DNA of 64,000 bases. It comes from a virus (taxonomy: Duplodnaviria; Caudoviricetes). The notes beneath the pieces were generated by a model. It was not told where the DNA came from, did not search any database, and saw nothing but the letters and a program-made list of their open reading frames with translations. The DNA lies in the IMG/VR virus record IMGVR_UViG_3300028298_000007, positions 752-64,751 of that record; one strand, given 5' to 3'. The position numbers and the translations under genes are program-made. This document shows, piece by piece, positions 26,786-37,311 of this stretch. Every line of letters begins with the position of its first letter. Within the stretch, counting starts at the first letter, position 1.

Positions 26786-29560
26786 TTATATTCCATGCGC
26801 GTGATAGGAAAAATTACCTACCACCGCAGTCCCGTCTAACTTATATAATTTTACCGTAAACCCGGTTGTTGTCGGCGCTACGCTGAATTTATGAACATAA
26901 CCATCGCCGTCTAAAATATCTATGTTTACCGAAGGCGCTTCGTGGAATGTTTTAGTGAAAGTAATGGCGCAACCGTCAGCGGCGTTAGTAACTTCTCCGG
27001 TATCTTTTTCATCGATATCCGGAAGATCTACATCTATAGTTAAATTTGTAACAGCTAAACTAGTATCGACGGAATCTCTCGTTACCGTCATTTTGATCTG
27101 AAACCACCGGCAGTTATAATCCGCGGTGATCCAATCTTCCCAATCAGTCCAGGTATCAACTAAAGGATCTGCGCCTTCGGTAGAAGTTCTAATTTTAAAT
27201 GATAACGCTCCGGGTACTTCATCCCCGGAAAATCTCAATGTAGTGCTATCGTCAAAAGCCCGTCCTGCTTCTGAATTCCAGGCCAATGCGGAGGCGATTG
27301 TGGCCAGTGATTCTATCATTATCCTGGCGTCGCAAATATAACCGATCCCTTTTACCGCAGTAATGTAGGTTCCGGTTAATTTGCCTGCGGATAATATTAA
27401 ATTATTTCCGCTTATTTCGGTATCTGTTTTAGTGCCGTTCCAGGCCGGGTCTTCTTCAAATGTTTTAATTATATTTTGGAACGGTATATTTGCTACTGTA
27501 ATCAATGCTTCTAAAGCATTTACGGAATAATTATCAGAATTATCTATGGCCTTAATCCAGTATGCCTGATCTGTGCCTAATTTTATATCTCTTAATGTTG
27601 CTTCAACGCCGGGTAAATTAGTGCCGACAACATCTGCGGATATCCAGTCAGCGCCTTTTCTGATTTCATATCTTTTTACATCAACATCGGTTACTTTACC
27701 CCATCTGCAGACAATTGAATCCCTGTATTTTCTTACGATAAAACTTGTTACATTTGAAGGCGGATCATCCTTTCCTATCAATTTTATTACTGAAGATACA
27801 GTTCCGTCAGAAATTATAGAATTGATTGATTGCGTTTTTATCTTAACATAATATTCTTTGTCTATTTCAAGGTTAAGATTTATCCTGTATTCAGTATCGC
27901 CGACATTAGCTGTGCCTACAGAAATATAATCTCCTGCGCCTTTCTTTAATTCTATGATATATCCATTTAGTAATTCTTTTTTGGTGGCCGGGGCTACCCA
28001 AGTTACATCGATATGCGCGATATGCGTTCCGTCTGCGTTTCTCCAGCCTATTTCTTCCAAGACTATATTCGTAACATCAGTAACCGGCGCAAAAGGGTTA
28101 GGAGGCGATCCATAATTCCAGTCATCGAAAGTAGAACCATGCCTATCGGCTAGTATAGAAGAATTATAAGCCTGTAATGTAAATTTAGCCTTACCGAAAT
28201 CTAATTCCGTTGTTTCGATGATCCGGAAAGCTGCTGCAGTCCAATTCGGCCTTGAATGCGTTACCGAAACTACATCAAACGGCTCGCAATGCATGGCCGA
28301 CATATTGCATTCAAATTCACACCATATATCGGCTAACTTTCCTTCATACAGGAATTTATTGGCTAACCTGGAGGCCTGCGATTGTCTGATTATTCCGTAA
28401 CATTCTATTTTATCCTCTATCGCGCCGCGGATATCTTGATCTAGCTCGTCTTCCGCCCAAGCTACGCGCTTAGAATTACTTGATTCTAGTGCGGAAATCC
28501 ATTCAACACCTACTTTATTCGGCATAGCATCTGTCTTTCCATAACCGTAAATAAATGTACCCTTGGTTATATTATCTTCGGTAAAGGCCATGACAGCGGT
28601 TTCGCCTGATTTTTCAAACGCTATTTTATAAAGGCATCCGCTCCTTATAATCTTGGCGTTGCAGGTAACGAGTAATTTATCCAGATTATCCAGCGCGGAA
28701 TGCTTGGTGTCAATAGCAATATCTAATTCATACCTTGCTTCTGTTCCACCGGCGCCGTTATCAACCAGTTCAGCGCAATGAGTAAAAAAATCACCGAAAG
28801 TTATAGGATCGATAAATTCTTCCGGAACACCGCAACCCCCTAAAACCCGGCTTAATAACATATAATCCCTGATTATTGCAGCCGGATTTTTAGAAGTTAT
28901 TAAAGCATTAGTAGCCCAACTGCTTGTGCCTACATTCCACGTTTGTATTTTTCTTCCTATTGCTTCTGAAGTTATTACAGGATTGCTGCCTACTTTTTCT
29001 CCCCTCGTCATCGTAACCGCAATATAGGCTACATCACGCAACCCTTTGACAATACCTGAGCCCCTGGAATCTACTGCTTGGGAAGATGTCCCTAAATAAG
29101 CTGTATAACTGCATCCATCCAATCCAGCGATATCCTGGTCATCTAGTTTTACATTGCTAATGCTGGTTATTTCTCCTATACAAATGCCAAGGAATCTATG
29201 TACTGTTTCACCAGGGTCTGACTGCCATAATAAATTACCTCCCATGATAATAGGCCCGCCGTACAATATCGGCACAATACCTTCGTTAGAAAACGTATTA
29301 TCTATTACCGGTGTGGTATATTTAGAACCTTCTATGTTTAATTTATCTGCCTGCTGAGCGGCTCTAACAGAAGAATAAATAGCGAAACCGATAGTAGCCA
29401 CTATCGCTACTTTTATTACCAGTACTGTTGCGGCAAAAGCAAATATACTACCGCCGAAAAATGTCGTAGATATAGCTATTCCTATTGAAATAGGCTCTGC
29501 GTAAACCTGATTATTTACGCCTAGGATAAAAAAGAATATAAATAATAAAAGTTTAAACAT
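26786..29560 (-). CDS. tail tip / central fibre protein (lambda J-like) with Fn3-like domains
   Basis: VPILYG..GGNLLW, SKNPAAIIRDY, EPFDVVSVTH and YWIKAIDNSDNYS motifs. Confidence 0.85.
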   Translation of the reverse strand: MFKLLLFIFFFILGVNNQVYAEPISIGIAISTTFFGGSIFAFAATVLVIKVAIVATIGFAIYSSVRAAQQADKLNIEGSKYTTPVIDNTFSNEGIVPILYGGPIIMGGNLLWQSDPGETVHRFLGICIGEITSISNVKLDDQDIAGLDGCSYTAYLGTSSQAVDSRGSGIVKGLRDVAYIAVTMTRGEKVGSNPVITSEAIGRKIQTWNVGTSSWATNALITSKNPAAIIRDYMLLSRVLGGCGVPEEFIDPITFGDFFTHCAELVDNGAGGTEARYELDIAIDTKHSALDNLDKLLVTCNAKIIRSGCLYKIAFEKSGETAVMAFTEDNITKGTFIYGYGKTDAMPNKVGVEWISALESSNSKRVAWAEDELDQDIRGAIEDKIECYGIIRQSQASRLANKFLYEGKLADIWCEFECNMSAMHCEPFDVVSVTHSRPNWTAAAFRIIETTELDFGKAKFTLQAYNSSILADRHGSTFDDWNYGSPPNPFAPVTDVTNIVLEEIGWRNADGTHIAHIDVTWVAPATKKELLNGYIIELKKGAGDYISVGTANVGDTEYRINLNLEIDKEYYVKIKTQSINSIISDGTVSSVIKLIGKDDPPSNVTSFIVRKYRDSIVCRWGKVTDVDVKRYEIRKGADWISADVVGTNLPGVEATLRDIKLGTDQAYWIKAIDNSDNYSVNALEALITVANIPFQNIIKTFEEDPAWNGTKTDTEISGNNLILSAGKLTGTYITAVKGIGYICDARIMIESLATIASALAWNSEAGRAFDDSTTLRFSGDEVPGALSFKIRTSTEGADPLVDTWTDWEDWITADYNCRWFQIKMTVTRDSVDTSLAVTNLTIDVDLPDIDEKDTGEVTNAADGCAITFTKTFHEAPSVNIDILDGDGYVHKFSVAPTTTGFTVKLYKLDGTAVVGNFSYHAHGI

Positions 29561-29984
29561 TCGGCCTGTATCCTATTAAAAATAAATCTTCTAAATACCT
29601 GATTTTGGTTAGGCACGATCCTACAACAATGTCCATATGCAAGGCCTGCTTATCATTTATGCAGACTGCCAGCGCGCCTATGCCATTTATTGTTTTTAAT
29701 AATAATAAATCCCCTTCTTTTAAATCTTTAAATTCAACCGGGATTGAAAATTCAGATATAACTTTCATCATGCGTTGAATATCGCGTTTCTTATTCCTGA
29801 ATAATACCCGGCCGTTATCCGTAAAAGGTCCTTCTATTTTTTTAACATAATAATAATATAACCATACAATGCCCCGGCAGTCGCAGCCGTCAAAAGACCG
29901 GCCATTCAGTTTAAAGGGAATTCCGATAAGCTTATTTTTATCGAATTCTACGCCGTCGTCAGGAAGCCTTATTATGTTTTCCAT
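29553..29984 (-). CDS. NlpC/P60-like tail tip protein
   Basis: GIPF..GR..GCDCRG, EGDLLL and LH motifs; lies between hub and tip genes. Confidence 0.75.
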   Translation of the reverse strand: MENIIRLPDDGVEFDKNKLIGIPFKLNGRSFDGCDCRGIVWLYYYYVKKIEGPFTDNGRVLFRNKKRDIQRMMKVISEFSIPVEFKDLKEGDLLLLKTINGIGALAVCINDKQALHMDIVVGSCLTKIRYLEDLFLIGYRPNV

Positions 29985-30844
29985 TATTTTGTCAAAGGTA
30001 TAGTGTGGAATCCATGATAATTGATATTATTATTATAGGTATCTTCGCACATGGCTAAAGTCTTATCGCACCCTCTGAAGATATTAAATGTATCTCCGAC
30101 CACAACAGCGTTATCTAAAGGATAATCAAAAGTGGATTTATTGGTAGCTAAATCAAAATCTACTATCTTCCTTGAAACTCCATTATTTAACCCCGATGTA
30201 AAAATAGCATATCCCCAGTTCCAGTAATCATTGGCTTGCGTAAGATTAACAGTATCGATTAAAGTAGATGCAGTTCCGCCTGTAGCAGTACCGGAAACTT
30301 TATTGGCTGGAAGCGATTTATTTATCTGACAGTAAGCATCGCCAAACCTGGCGTGGCATTCTATCTGGTAAGGCCAGCCAGTTTCAAAACTCAGCGATCC
30401 TATCTTTGGCGTAGCTGTAGCATCCATTGTTTTCTGAGGAAAACTTATGTTCTGGATAAATCCGTCAAAAACTATTTTAGTGTCTAAGTAAGAGGATATA
30501 TGATCCCTGAAGATTAGCCTGCAGACAACCCTTCTATTGCGGAAGTTTTTAGATGCAGCGTAGGCTGACATAGCCTTATTAATATTACAAACCCGGAAAG
30601 TTACCTGTTCTATTTCTCCGCTGGCCGTTTTCTTGATTGCCGTTCTTTGGACTCCAAGGGGGATATAATTTGTTGCAGTATGGCCAAAATAAGAGAAAAA
30701 AGCTGTAGTCCGGTAGAAGTTTATGAAATGCAAGGTATCCGAATCTTCTGTGTCCTGGGAACCTAAATAAATATCATAAATTTCTACCGGCTTATGCTGT
30801 ATCTGATTCTTTATAGCTATTAATGTAGCTGATAAATCATACAT
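29984..30844 (-). CDS. tail hub protein (DUF2163/BR0599-like)
   Basis: C...FGD..C and RGCDKTLAMC...NNINYHGF iron-sulfur-type motifs. Confidence 0.8.
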   Translation of the reverse strand: MYDLSATLIAIKNQIQHKPVEIYDIYLGSQDTEDSDTLHFINFYRTTAFFSYFGHTATNYIPLGVQRTAIKKTASGEIEQVTFRVCNINKAMSAYAASKNFRNRRVVCRLIFRDHISSYLDTKIVFDGFIQNISFPQKTMDATATPKIGSLSFETGWPYQIECHARFGDAYCQINKSLPANKVSGTATGGTASTLIDTVNLTQANDYWNWGYAIFTSGLNNGVSRKIVDFDLATNKSTFDYPLDNAVVVGDTFNIFRGCDKTLAMCEDTYNNNINYHGFHTIPLTK

Positions 30845-30846
30845 TT

Positions 30847-31842
30847 TTATGCGCTAAAGCTGCTTGAGCTGCTGGAATTAGAAGAACTACTCATACTGCT
30901 CGAACTACTTGAACTACTTGAACTCGAAGATCTGCTCGAAGAACTGGAACTGCTCGATCTGCTCGAAGAACTGGAACTGCTTGAACTAGATGAACTGCTG
31001 GAACTGCTTGAACTAGATGAACTGCTGGAACTGCTTGATTGGCTAGAACTGCTTGAACTTATTGAACTGCTTGAGAAACTTGAACTCGACGAACTGCTGG
31101 AACTACTCGATAATGAAGAACTACTTGAAGAACTCGAACTGCTTGAACTAGATGAACTGCTGGAACTGCTTGATTGGCTCGAACTGCTTGAACTAGACGA
31201 ACTACTCGATTGGCTCGAACTGCTTGAAGAACTTGAACTGCTTGAAGAACTTGAATGTCCGTCTATAGGAACATAAGTTGTCCACCTATCTTCTATCAAA
31301 GATATTCCTGTATGCAATAATTGATAGGAAGCTAATTGCCGGCTTAATTGATCTTCTGCAAAACACATACGCATATAATATTCATAACTAACTAGTATTG
31401 CGCCGGCTACAGGCGCGGTATTAAAATCTATATAAGATATTTCATTAACGAAATCATTAGTTAATACGTAATTGGTAGTGGCAACTCCGCCTACAGTACA
31501 AGAATGATTAGCGGCCGTATCTACAGGAAAATTAAATAAGATAAACCTAGTGGTAGAATTATTCGCGTCTCCGATAGGCTCATCAGTAGTAGCATATTCA
31601 GTAAGGACCTTAATTAAAAAATAATCATACATTCCTTTGCGGGAAATATAAAAATTCCAGATTAAATCCATGGCCGCCTTGGTCAGGAAACGACAGGTAA
31701 GTTTATAACCCCTTAGGCCATCCTCCCAGAGCGCATCCCTATACTTCTTGCCATTTTCTGATTCAGTAACATTCGTATTGAAAGCAATACTTTCTTCTAA
31801 TCCGAATTCAGGAGTTAATGTAAGTATATGTTCATAACTCAA
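30847..31842 (-). CDS. distal tail protein (DUF2460-like) with about 135-residue poly-Ser C-terminus
   Basis: FNTNVTESENGKKYR..W, FYISRKG..YF motifs; follows the tape measure gene. Confidence 0.75.
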   Translation of the reverse strand: MSYEHILTLTPEFGLEESIAFNTNVTESENGKKYRDALWEDGLRGYKLTCRFLTKAAMDLIWNFYISRKGMYDYFLIKVLTEYATTDEPIGDANNSTTRFILFNFPVDTAANHSCTVGGVATTNYVLTNDFVNEISYIDFNTAPVAGAILVSYEYYMRMCFAEDQLSRQLASYQLLHTGISLIEDRWTTYVPIDGHSSSSSSSSSSSSSSQSSSSSSSSSSSQSSSSSSSSSSSSSSSSSSSSLSSSSSSSSSSSFSSSSISSSSSSQSSSSSSSSSSSSSSSSSSSSSSSSSSRSSSSSSSSRSSSSSSSSSSSSMSSSSNSSSSSSFSA

Positions 31843-31854
31843 TTTAATTCTCCT

Positions 31855-33780
31855 TTAAATAGTATATTTTTGGTTTGCTTTCCTTAATATTCCATTCCCT
31901 CTAACGCTAGCAGCCGAAGCGCTGCTGTAAATATCGCCATGCTGCTCTAATCTATCCCTAAATGATTTTACATCAATGGCCTGGATATAATAATTATTGA
32001 CTACACCGCCACCCGCAACATCTTCTCCCCGGTTTAATTTATTTAGATTATCTACGCCTAAGGATCGCATGCCTTTTTGGTTTACTACTCCTTCGCCTTT
32101 TAATAATGTAGCGTTTACTTCTCCGCCGTCATGAAATTTTCTTCGGCCATAACCGAAATTATCCAATGGCGACATTAGCAGGCCGCCTGTATGGGCGAAG
32201 CCTCCGCCGAAACCTAGGAATGAACCAAGTCCGATCTTGATTAAGGCAGCGTTTACCGCAATTTGTAATATAGTTTTAAGCATTAAATCGCCGAAGGCGT
32301 TAACTACATCCATCAACCCTTCGAATTCACCCTTGATTATTTTAAAAAATCCGTCAACCATGGAATCACGCATTCCGGTTACTGCAGATTCCATAAATGT
32401 ACGCATGGCGTTAAATTGATTTCCGGCTGCATTTTGGAATTTATCCAAATCCGCTACCAGCCCTTTGACATCTGTTTTCATCGCTTCGATAGCTGCGCTG
32501 GCACCTTCTTGGATCTTATTGTATAACTCGATGGCGCTAGTACCCATATTAAGCAGGAATTTATTTTCTTCATTAATATCGGCTATTATCTGTTTCTTCG
32601 CGCCGCTAAAGCCCTGCTGGAATGATTCAATTTCATCACCCATTCTTATCAGGTTTTCGCGTATGCCTTTTGTGGCTGGAATTACTGATAATAACGCTAT
32701 AATTAAAGCATCCACGGCCAATAATACTTTGGCTATAAATTCCGCTATACCCATAATGATTACATCAATGACCCTAGCGAGTTGTAGAACAGCCGCAATT
32801 GTTCCTTTAAGAATAGTCCATACACCTATCAGGGTAGCCAAAATTACTTTCCATGTTTGAGCAAAATTATCGGTATTCTTTTGGCTTTCCTGCAATGACT
32901 TATTTTGCCTATTTATTTCTTCCGTCATTAATTTGATAACCGCGACAAAATAAGGGGATTTAATAATTATATTTCCTATACTTTCTTTAAAATCACTCAT
33001 TGTAGCGCTTAATATTTTCATCTGTCCGCTAAACGTGGTGGACATTGCTACCGCCGCGCCGCTTACTGATTTATCTATAGCTTTTAATATGCTATCAAAA
33101 TCTTTAGTTTTTTTGGTTGTTTCGTCCATTGTGATACCTAAATATTGCAGACGCGAAGCATTCGAGGAAAATGCTGAGCCTACTGCTTTGGCTACAGAAG
33201 CTAAGTTCATTTCTTCACCGCTTCTGGACCTGACCAAGGCGGTCATATCAACTAATAATGGAAGTAACCTTCTGATTTGATTTTCATTTAATTTAAACGT
33301 AGCTAATATAGATGACGCAGAAATTAATTCATTATCGCTAGCCCCGGTTAACGCCTGTAAAGCATTAGCCTGTTCAATTATTGCTTTGGCGCCTTCTTTC
33401 GATCCTGCTCCGGTAGCCGCAAAAGCAGCGGCTAATCTGCGTTCAGAATCTTCTTGTTCTATGGCAGCTGAAACCGAAGATTTAATAGTGCTGATTAGCG
33501 GCCGCAGCGCAAACATCCACACAAGAATCATATTACGGATAGAACCGATTTTACCGGCCAAGGCGCCTATTTCCTGGCCAAGATAGCGGCTATGCCGGCC
33601 AGTTTCATCCATCTTCTGACCCATTTTGTCTATGTCAACAGCAGCCCCGCCGCCTTCTTTCTTTACGGTAAGGCCGAGTTTCTTCATAGAAGCAATTTGA
33701 TCCTCGGTAGCTTTTACGAATTTACCGGTGGCGTCATCCTTAAATGTAAGAAAAACCTTAAAATTTTGTTCGCCTGGCAT
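31855..33780 (-). CDS. tail tape measure protein
   Basis: 641 aa helical Ala/Ile-rich protein, FHDGGEV...GEGV C-terminus; follows tail chaperones. Confidence 0.85.
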   Translation of the reverse strand: MPGEQNFKVFLTFKDDATGKFVKATEDQIASMKKLGLTVKKEGGGAAVDIDKMGQKMDETGRHSRYLGQEIGALAGKIGSIRNMILVWMFALRPLISTIKSSVSAAIEQEDSERRLAAAFAATGAGSKEGAKAIIEQANALQALTGASDNELISASSILATFKLNENQIRRLLPLLVDMTALVRSRSGEEMNLASVAKAVGSAFSSNASRLQYLGITMDETTKKTKDFDSILKAIDKSVSGAAVAMSTTFSGQMKILSATMSDFKESIGNIIIKSPYFVAVIKLMTEEINRQNKSLQESQKNTDNFAQTWKVILATLIGVWTILKGTIAAVLQLARVIDVIIMGIAEFIAKVLLAVDALIIALLSVIPATKGIRENLIRMGDEIESFQQGFSGAKKQIIADINEENKFLLNMGTSAIELYNKIQEGASAAIEAMKTDVKGLVADLDKFQNAAGNQFNAMRTFMESAVTGMRDSMVDGFFKIIKGEFEGLMDVVNAFGDLMLKTILQIAVNAALIKIGLGSFLGFGGGFAHTGGLLMSPLDNFGYGRRKFHDGGEVNATLLKGEGVVNQKGMRSLGVDNLNKLNRGEDVAGGGVVNNYYIQAIDVKSFRDRLEQHGDIYSSASAASVRGNGILRKANQKYTI

Positions 33781-33782
33781 GT

Positions 33783-34103
33783 TTATACCCTATATTTTTG
33801 TTTCATTAAATTGTCTATTTCCGCCGATTCTAATATATCGAATATATCCAGCAACTTTGCCGGCTGTTCTGAGATACCGCCGCGAAACGGAAGATGTCCT
33901 TTTTTATAAAACTCATAGTACCGGATATATTCTTTTATCTCTGGCGGTAGAATTTTTGCAACGCATCTATCCGCCGGCTTCCCATCTATTAAATATGGCT
34001 GTACTGGTTTGCCGAAACATCCGCGGAACTTCTTCTGATGTTCGTTGCAATTATGGCAATCAAGGCCTAATGTAGCAACCTCGACTGCCAGTTTTAGTTT
34101 TTT
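33783..34103 (-). CDS. tail assembly chaperone -1 frameshift extension (gpGT-like)
   Basis: Slippery A AAA AAC at 34103-34097; -1 frame open to TAA 33783 (LKLAVEVATLGLDCHNC...LPFRGGISEQPAKL). Confidence 0.8.
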   Translation of the reverse strand, partial: KKLKLAVEVATLGLDCHNCNEHQKKFRGCFGKPVQPYLIDGKPADRCVAKILPPEIKEYIRYYEFYKKGHLPFRGGISEQPAKLLDIFDILESAEIDNLMKQKYRV

Positions 34104-34504
34104 GATAATTCTCCGCTAACCTGATTTTCTCCCCAGATTACATTAGCTAATTCCGAGATTGCGTATAACGGAATCATCTTTAAGAGTTCATCTGGGATCA
34201 CATCGATTTCGGCATTAAATACTTTTTCCTTAATGGTTTTAAATTCAACCGGTTTACCGTCGAGAGAAAAATTCTTAAAACCTTTCAGTCCGTATTTAAC
34301 TATAGAAAAATTATTCAAAGCCAAATCAATTTCTCCCTGGACATAAATAGGCTGGTTATCTTTTATTTCTATCTTTCCATAACTGGAAACAATCTTTGCC
34401 TTAGTGATAGAATCTATGGCGCCTATCAACCATATCGTCGGATTTTTTTTATCATTCTGCAATACGTACTCTTTTATCTGCCCTACGGCAATCGGATCTA
34501 CCAT
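34094..34504 (-). CDS. tail assembly chaperone (gpG-like)
   Basis: Lies upstream of the tape measure gene and ends ELSKN* at a slippery site. Confidence 0.75.
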   Translation of the reverse strand: MVDPIAVGQIKEYVLQNDKKNPTIWLIGAIDSITKAKIVSSYGKIEIKDNQPIYVQGEIDLALNNFSIVKYGLKGFKNFSLDGKPVEFKTIKEKVFNAEIDVIPDELLKMIPLYAISELANVIWGENQVSGELSKN

Positions 34505-34518
34505 AACACACCTCCATT

Positions 34519-34995
34519 TTAATACTTCAGGTTAATAAATTTTTTAGCAGCTTTCTGCGTTTTTTCAGATAGCCATCTTTCCATCCTTGCGCTAGCCCAA
34601 TTGTAGGTTTGCTCCGAGAAACCTAAAAAGCTTCTTATTACCGGGGCTAATTGCTGATGAATCAATCCTACCAGGTCCCGGCGCGGGTTTCCACGAGGAA
34701 TAATCCCTACTGAAAAAAGATTTTTACCTTCCTGATAAACATGTATGGCCCTGTACATAATTCCTTTACGATATAGAGCCATACGAGGATTCTCACTTCC
34801 TTCCCTTATTTTATCTTGAATAGTTTTTTTAGAGAGCCTTTTATATGCCGATCCGTCTAAATTAGTCTGATTGCGGATGTTCTTTTGAGATTCATTGACT
34901 ATTTTATTAGCGATCTGTTCTAATGGAATACTAGCATCCGTAAAATCAGGAATTTCTAGATCCATTTGAATTTCACAGGAAAATTCGCTAGGCAT
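34519..34995 (-). CDS. virion morphogenesis / tail completion protein
   Basis: DGSAYKRLSKKTI, LYRKGIM, HQ and RSFLGFS motifs. Confidence 0.7.
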   Translation of the reverse strand: MPSEFSCEIQMDLEIPDFTDASIPLEQIANKIVNESQKNIRNQTNLDGSAYKRLSKKTIQDKIREGSENPRMALYRKGIMYRAIHVYQEGKNLFSVGIIPRGNPRRDLVGLIHQQLAPVIRSFLGFSEQTYNWASARMERWLSEKTQKAAKKFINLKY

Positions 34996-35014
34996 ATAAT
35001 GCTCCTATCTATTT

Positions 35015-36028
35015 TTAGGCGCTTTGAGAACTAGAACTCGATGAAGAACTCATACTGGAACTAGAACTCGAGCTCGAAGAACTTGAGGAAGCCCCTAATG
35101 TTATAGTCATTTCATCGTTACCTGCGTCAGAATTCTTGCAAATCTCACAGGTGGCGTTCATTATTCTTATTCCGCCTCGATCTCCTTCCTTAAGTCCGGT
35201 ATATCTGACTGCCGGCAGAGAAAATTCTATGGAGTTGCCATTTGAATCATTGACTATGATTGATACGGCCATAGTTGCCCGGGACATAATCTTAGAATAA
35301 AAATCATGGTCGGTAGTCGCGACTAATTCAGGATCAAAGGTTAATACCGGATTCCTACCGGTAATTTTGGCATAATCAATGCCTGAGGCGTCTTGTGGTT
35401 TAGGCGAAATTACTATTTCATTCTGCATATCTATTTCGCAAGCATCCAGCACTAACGCGTCGCCGTCAATCATGACTGTAGCTCCCATAAATACAAAAGG
35501 TACCTGAGTCGGATATGTCGGACTCAACATTGATTGGTCGCTATGTTCTGAATATTTTCCCTGCATGGCAAATTCGCAGAATATAGGTTCGCCTACTTTA
35601 AACTGGAATTTTACGTTGCCGGCGCAACCCAGCATTGTTTTTCTAAAACCATCTTCATATTTAGCGATAGTGCATGTCGGAAAGCTACTGGATATCGGAG
35701 CAAAAATATTTGAAACTCCTGCTGAAAGCGACTCACTCCATCCACAGGCCCTTAAGAATGGCGTTATCGGCAAGGTAGTACCCTTAGATCCGGAAGCAGG
35801 CCCCATCAATTCAGCCTTAAAAGTTAAGGCCATTTTCCTTGCGCCGGGCTCAGAAACGAACCTAGACATATGCTTTACTACCGGATTTCTTTTAAACTGC
35901 TCAAATTCAGCATCCATTACAGGATCATAAGCTAATATTGTTGCCTGCGCTGCTGCTAATGTTTCAGCCACACCACTAGTGGTTTCCACTTTCCCGGCCA
36001 ATTGCGCTATGCGTGATATTTTTGCCAC
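35015..36028 (-). CDS. major tail tube protein with about 24-residue poly-Ser tail
   Basis: KVETTSG N-terminus, LRACG, GCAGNVKF and ITGRNP motifs. Confidence 0.75.
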   Translation of the reverse strand: MAKISRIAQLAGKVETTSGVAETLAAAQATILAYDPVMDAEFEQFKRNPVVKHMSRFVSEPGARKMALTFKAELMGPASGSKGTTLPITPFLRACGWSESLSAGVSNIFAPISSSFPTCTIAKYEDGFRKTMLGCAGNVKFQFKVGEPIFCEFAMQGKYSEHSDQSMLSPTYPTQVPFVFMGATVMIDGDALVLDACEIDMQNEIVISPKPQDASGIDYAKITGRNPVLTFDPELVATTDHDFYSKIMSRATMAVSIIVNDSNGNSIEFSLPAVRYTGLKEGDRGGIRIMNATCEICKNSDAGNDEMTITLGASSSSSSSSSSSSMSSSSSSSSQSA

Positions 36029-36040
36029 ATCCCCTCCTTT

Positions 36041-36487
36041 TTAAATAGTACGGTCTTCAATTATTATATTAATCTGAACTAAATGACAAAGCACATTCCC
36101 AAACATAACAGTGGAAAATTCACCTGTTATCGGAATATGCACTATTTTTGCTGTACCGCTAAGCGTAGGATCATTGACAAAGTTAGAACATATGGTTTCA
36201 ACTAAATCTTGGAATGTTTTTTCAGAAGTCAATGCTTCATAAACAGAATAAAATCCGCGGATTATAAATTCATGCGTATTATCTTCTACACTACCAGAAC
36301 CTCCCCTGGCCACAAGAGCAAACTTTTTTCTTTCAATATCCCAGGTATTTACCTTAGAGTCCTTAATAAACAGATCTTTATAGGTAGATAGATCGCTGGA
36401 ATACCGCTTATAATCATAAACGTTTTCCACGCCTGATATTGCTTCAAGTTTTGTTTTAATTTTTGTACGGATACTGCTTAATGACAT
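36041..36487 (-). CDS. tail terminator-like protein
   Basis: IRTKIKTKL start, DPTLSG motif; head-tail region. Confidence 0.65.
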   Translation of the reverse strand: MSLSSIRTKIKTKLEAISGVENVYDYKRYSSDLSTYKDLFIKDSKVNTWDIERKKFALVARGGSGSVEDNTHEFIIRGFYSVYEALTSEKTFQDLVETICSNFVNDPTLSGTAKIVHIPITGEFSTVMFGNVLCHLVQINIIIEDRTI

Positions 36488-36581
36488 TAATTTTAAGGCA
36501 GGATTAGATAGAGGGGTATTGTAAAGAAAATACCTATCTTTTCTATCTCCGCCTTCTCCGAACTCTTTGTTCTGGGGTTAA

Positions 36582-37310
36582 TTACCGATTTCTGAGTGGG
36601 TGCGTTAGCATATCTTCAGACCATTGATATATTATATCAAGATCCTTAATTGCTACACCAGCTGAAGCAGCTGCAGCACCTTTAGATCCTTCCCCTAGGC
36701 CCATCAACGAATTATACATGGCCAGTTGTTCTTTGGCCAAATTCGTATAAAGGTCAGATTTGCGCTGATAATCAATTACATCAGCCTCTAGGGTAGAATC
36801 TGTACTCTGTGAAAATTTAGCCGCGAGAGCCCAGAAACAAAGAGAAGCAGCTAGTGTTACCACCGCTTCCATATCATTATCGTCTATAGTACAAGTTGTA
36901 TCATCAAATGTATGCGGTAATGTATATTCAAACCTTGCTTTTTTACCGCTTACAGGAATAAACGTCAAAAAACGTAAGTAAGTAGTCGTAACCGCTGGAG
37001 TGCCTACTAACTTTTTATAGAATTTCCAGTCGATCGATTCTAAATACTGCGGATCCTGATAATCATCGGCCGGGTATTCTATATCTCCTTCGATATAAGA
37101 AAAATTATCTACCCAGCCAGTCGGCATGGCAAAATCATAAGCTATACCATCCCCGGTTAATTCATGGATTAATTTTCTCGGCCTATCTTTAGAAAAAATC
37201 AATACGGCGCGGGAAAGAAGACGATCTTTATCGTCTGGCTGAAGTTTTTCCGCGTCGTCTTGCAGTAATGTTTCTAACCTGCTTAGATAATCTTCTTTAG
37301 TATTAGCCAT
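36582..37310 (-). CDS. head-tail adaptor-like protein
   Basis: Position after head genes; IEYP and LAAS motifs. Confidence 0.55.
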   Translation of the reverse strand: MANTKEDYLSRLETLLQDDAEKLQPDDKDRLLSRAVLIFSKDRPRKLIHELTGDGIAYDFAMPTGWVDNFSYIEGDIEYPADDYQDPQYLESIDWKFYKKLVGTPAVTTTYLRFLTFIPVSGKKARFEYTLPHTFDDTTCTIDDNDMEAVVTLAASLCFWALAAKFSQSTDSTLEADVIDYQRKSDLYTNLAKEQLAMYNSLMGLGEGSKGAAAASAGVAIKDLDIIYQWSEDMLTHPLRNR

Positions 37311-37311
37311 T

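Noticed and set aside
25412-29560. Diversity-generating retroelement targeting tail fibres
   Set aside because: No reverse transcriptase gene was recognised and no template/variable repeat pair was seen by eye.
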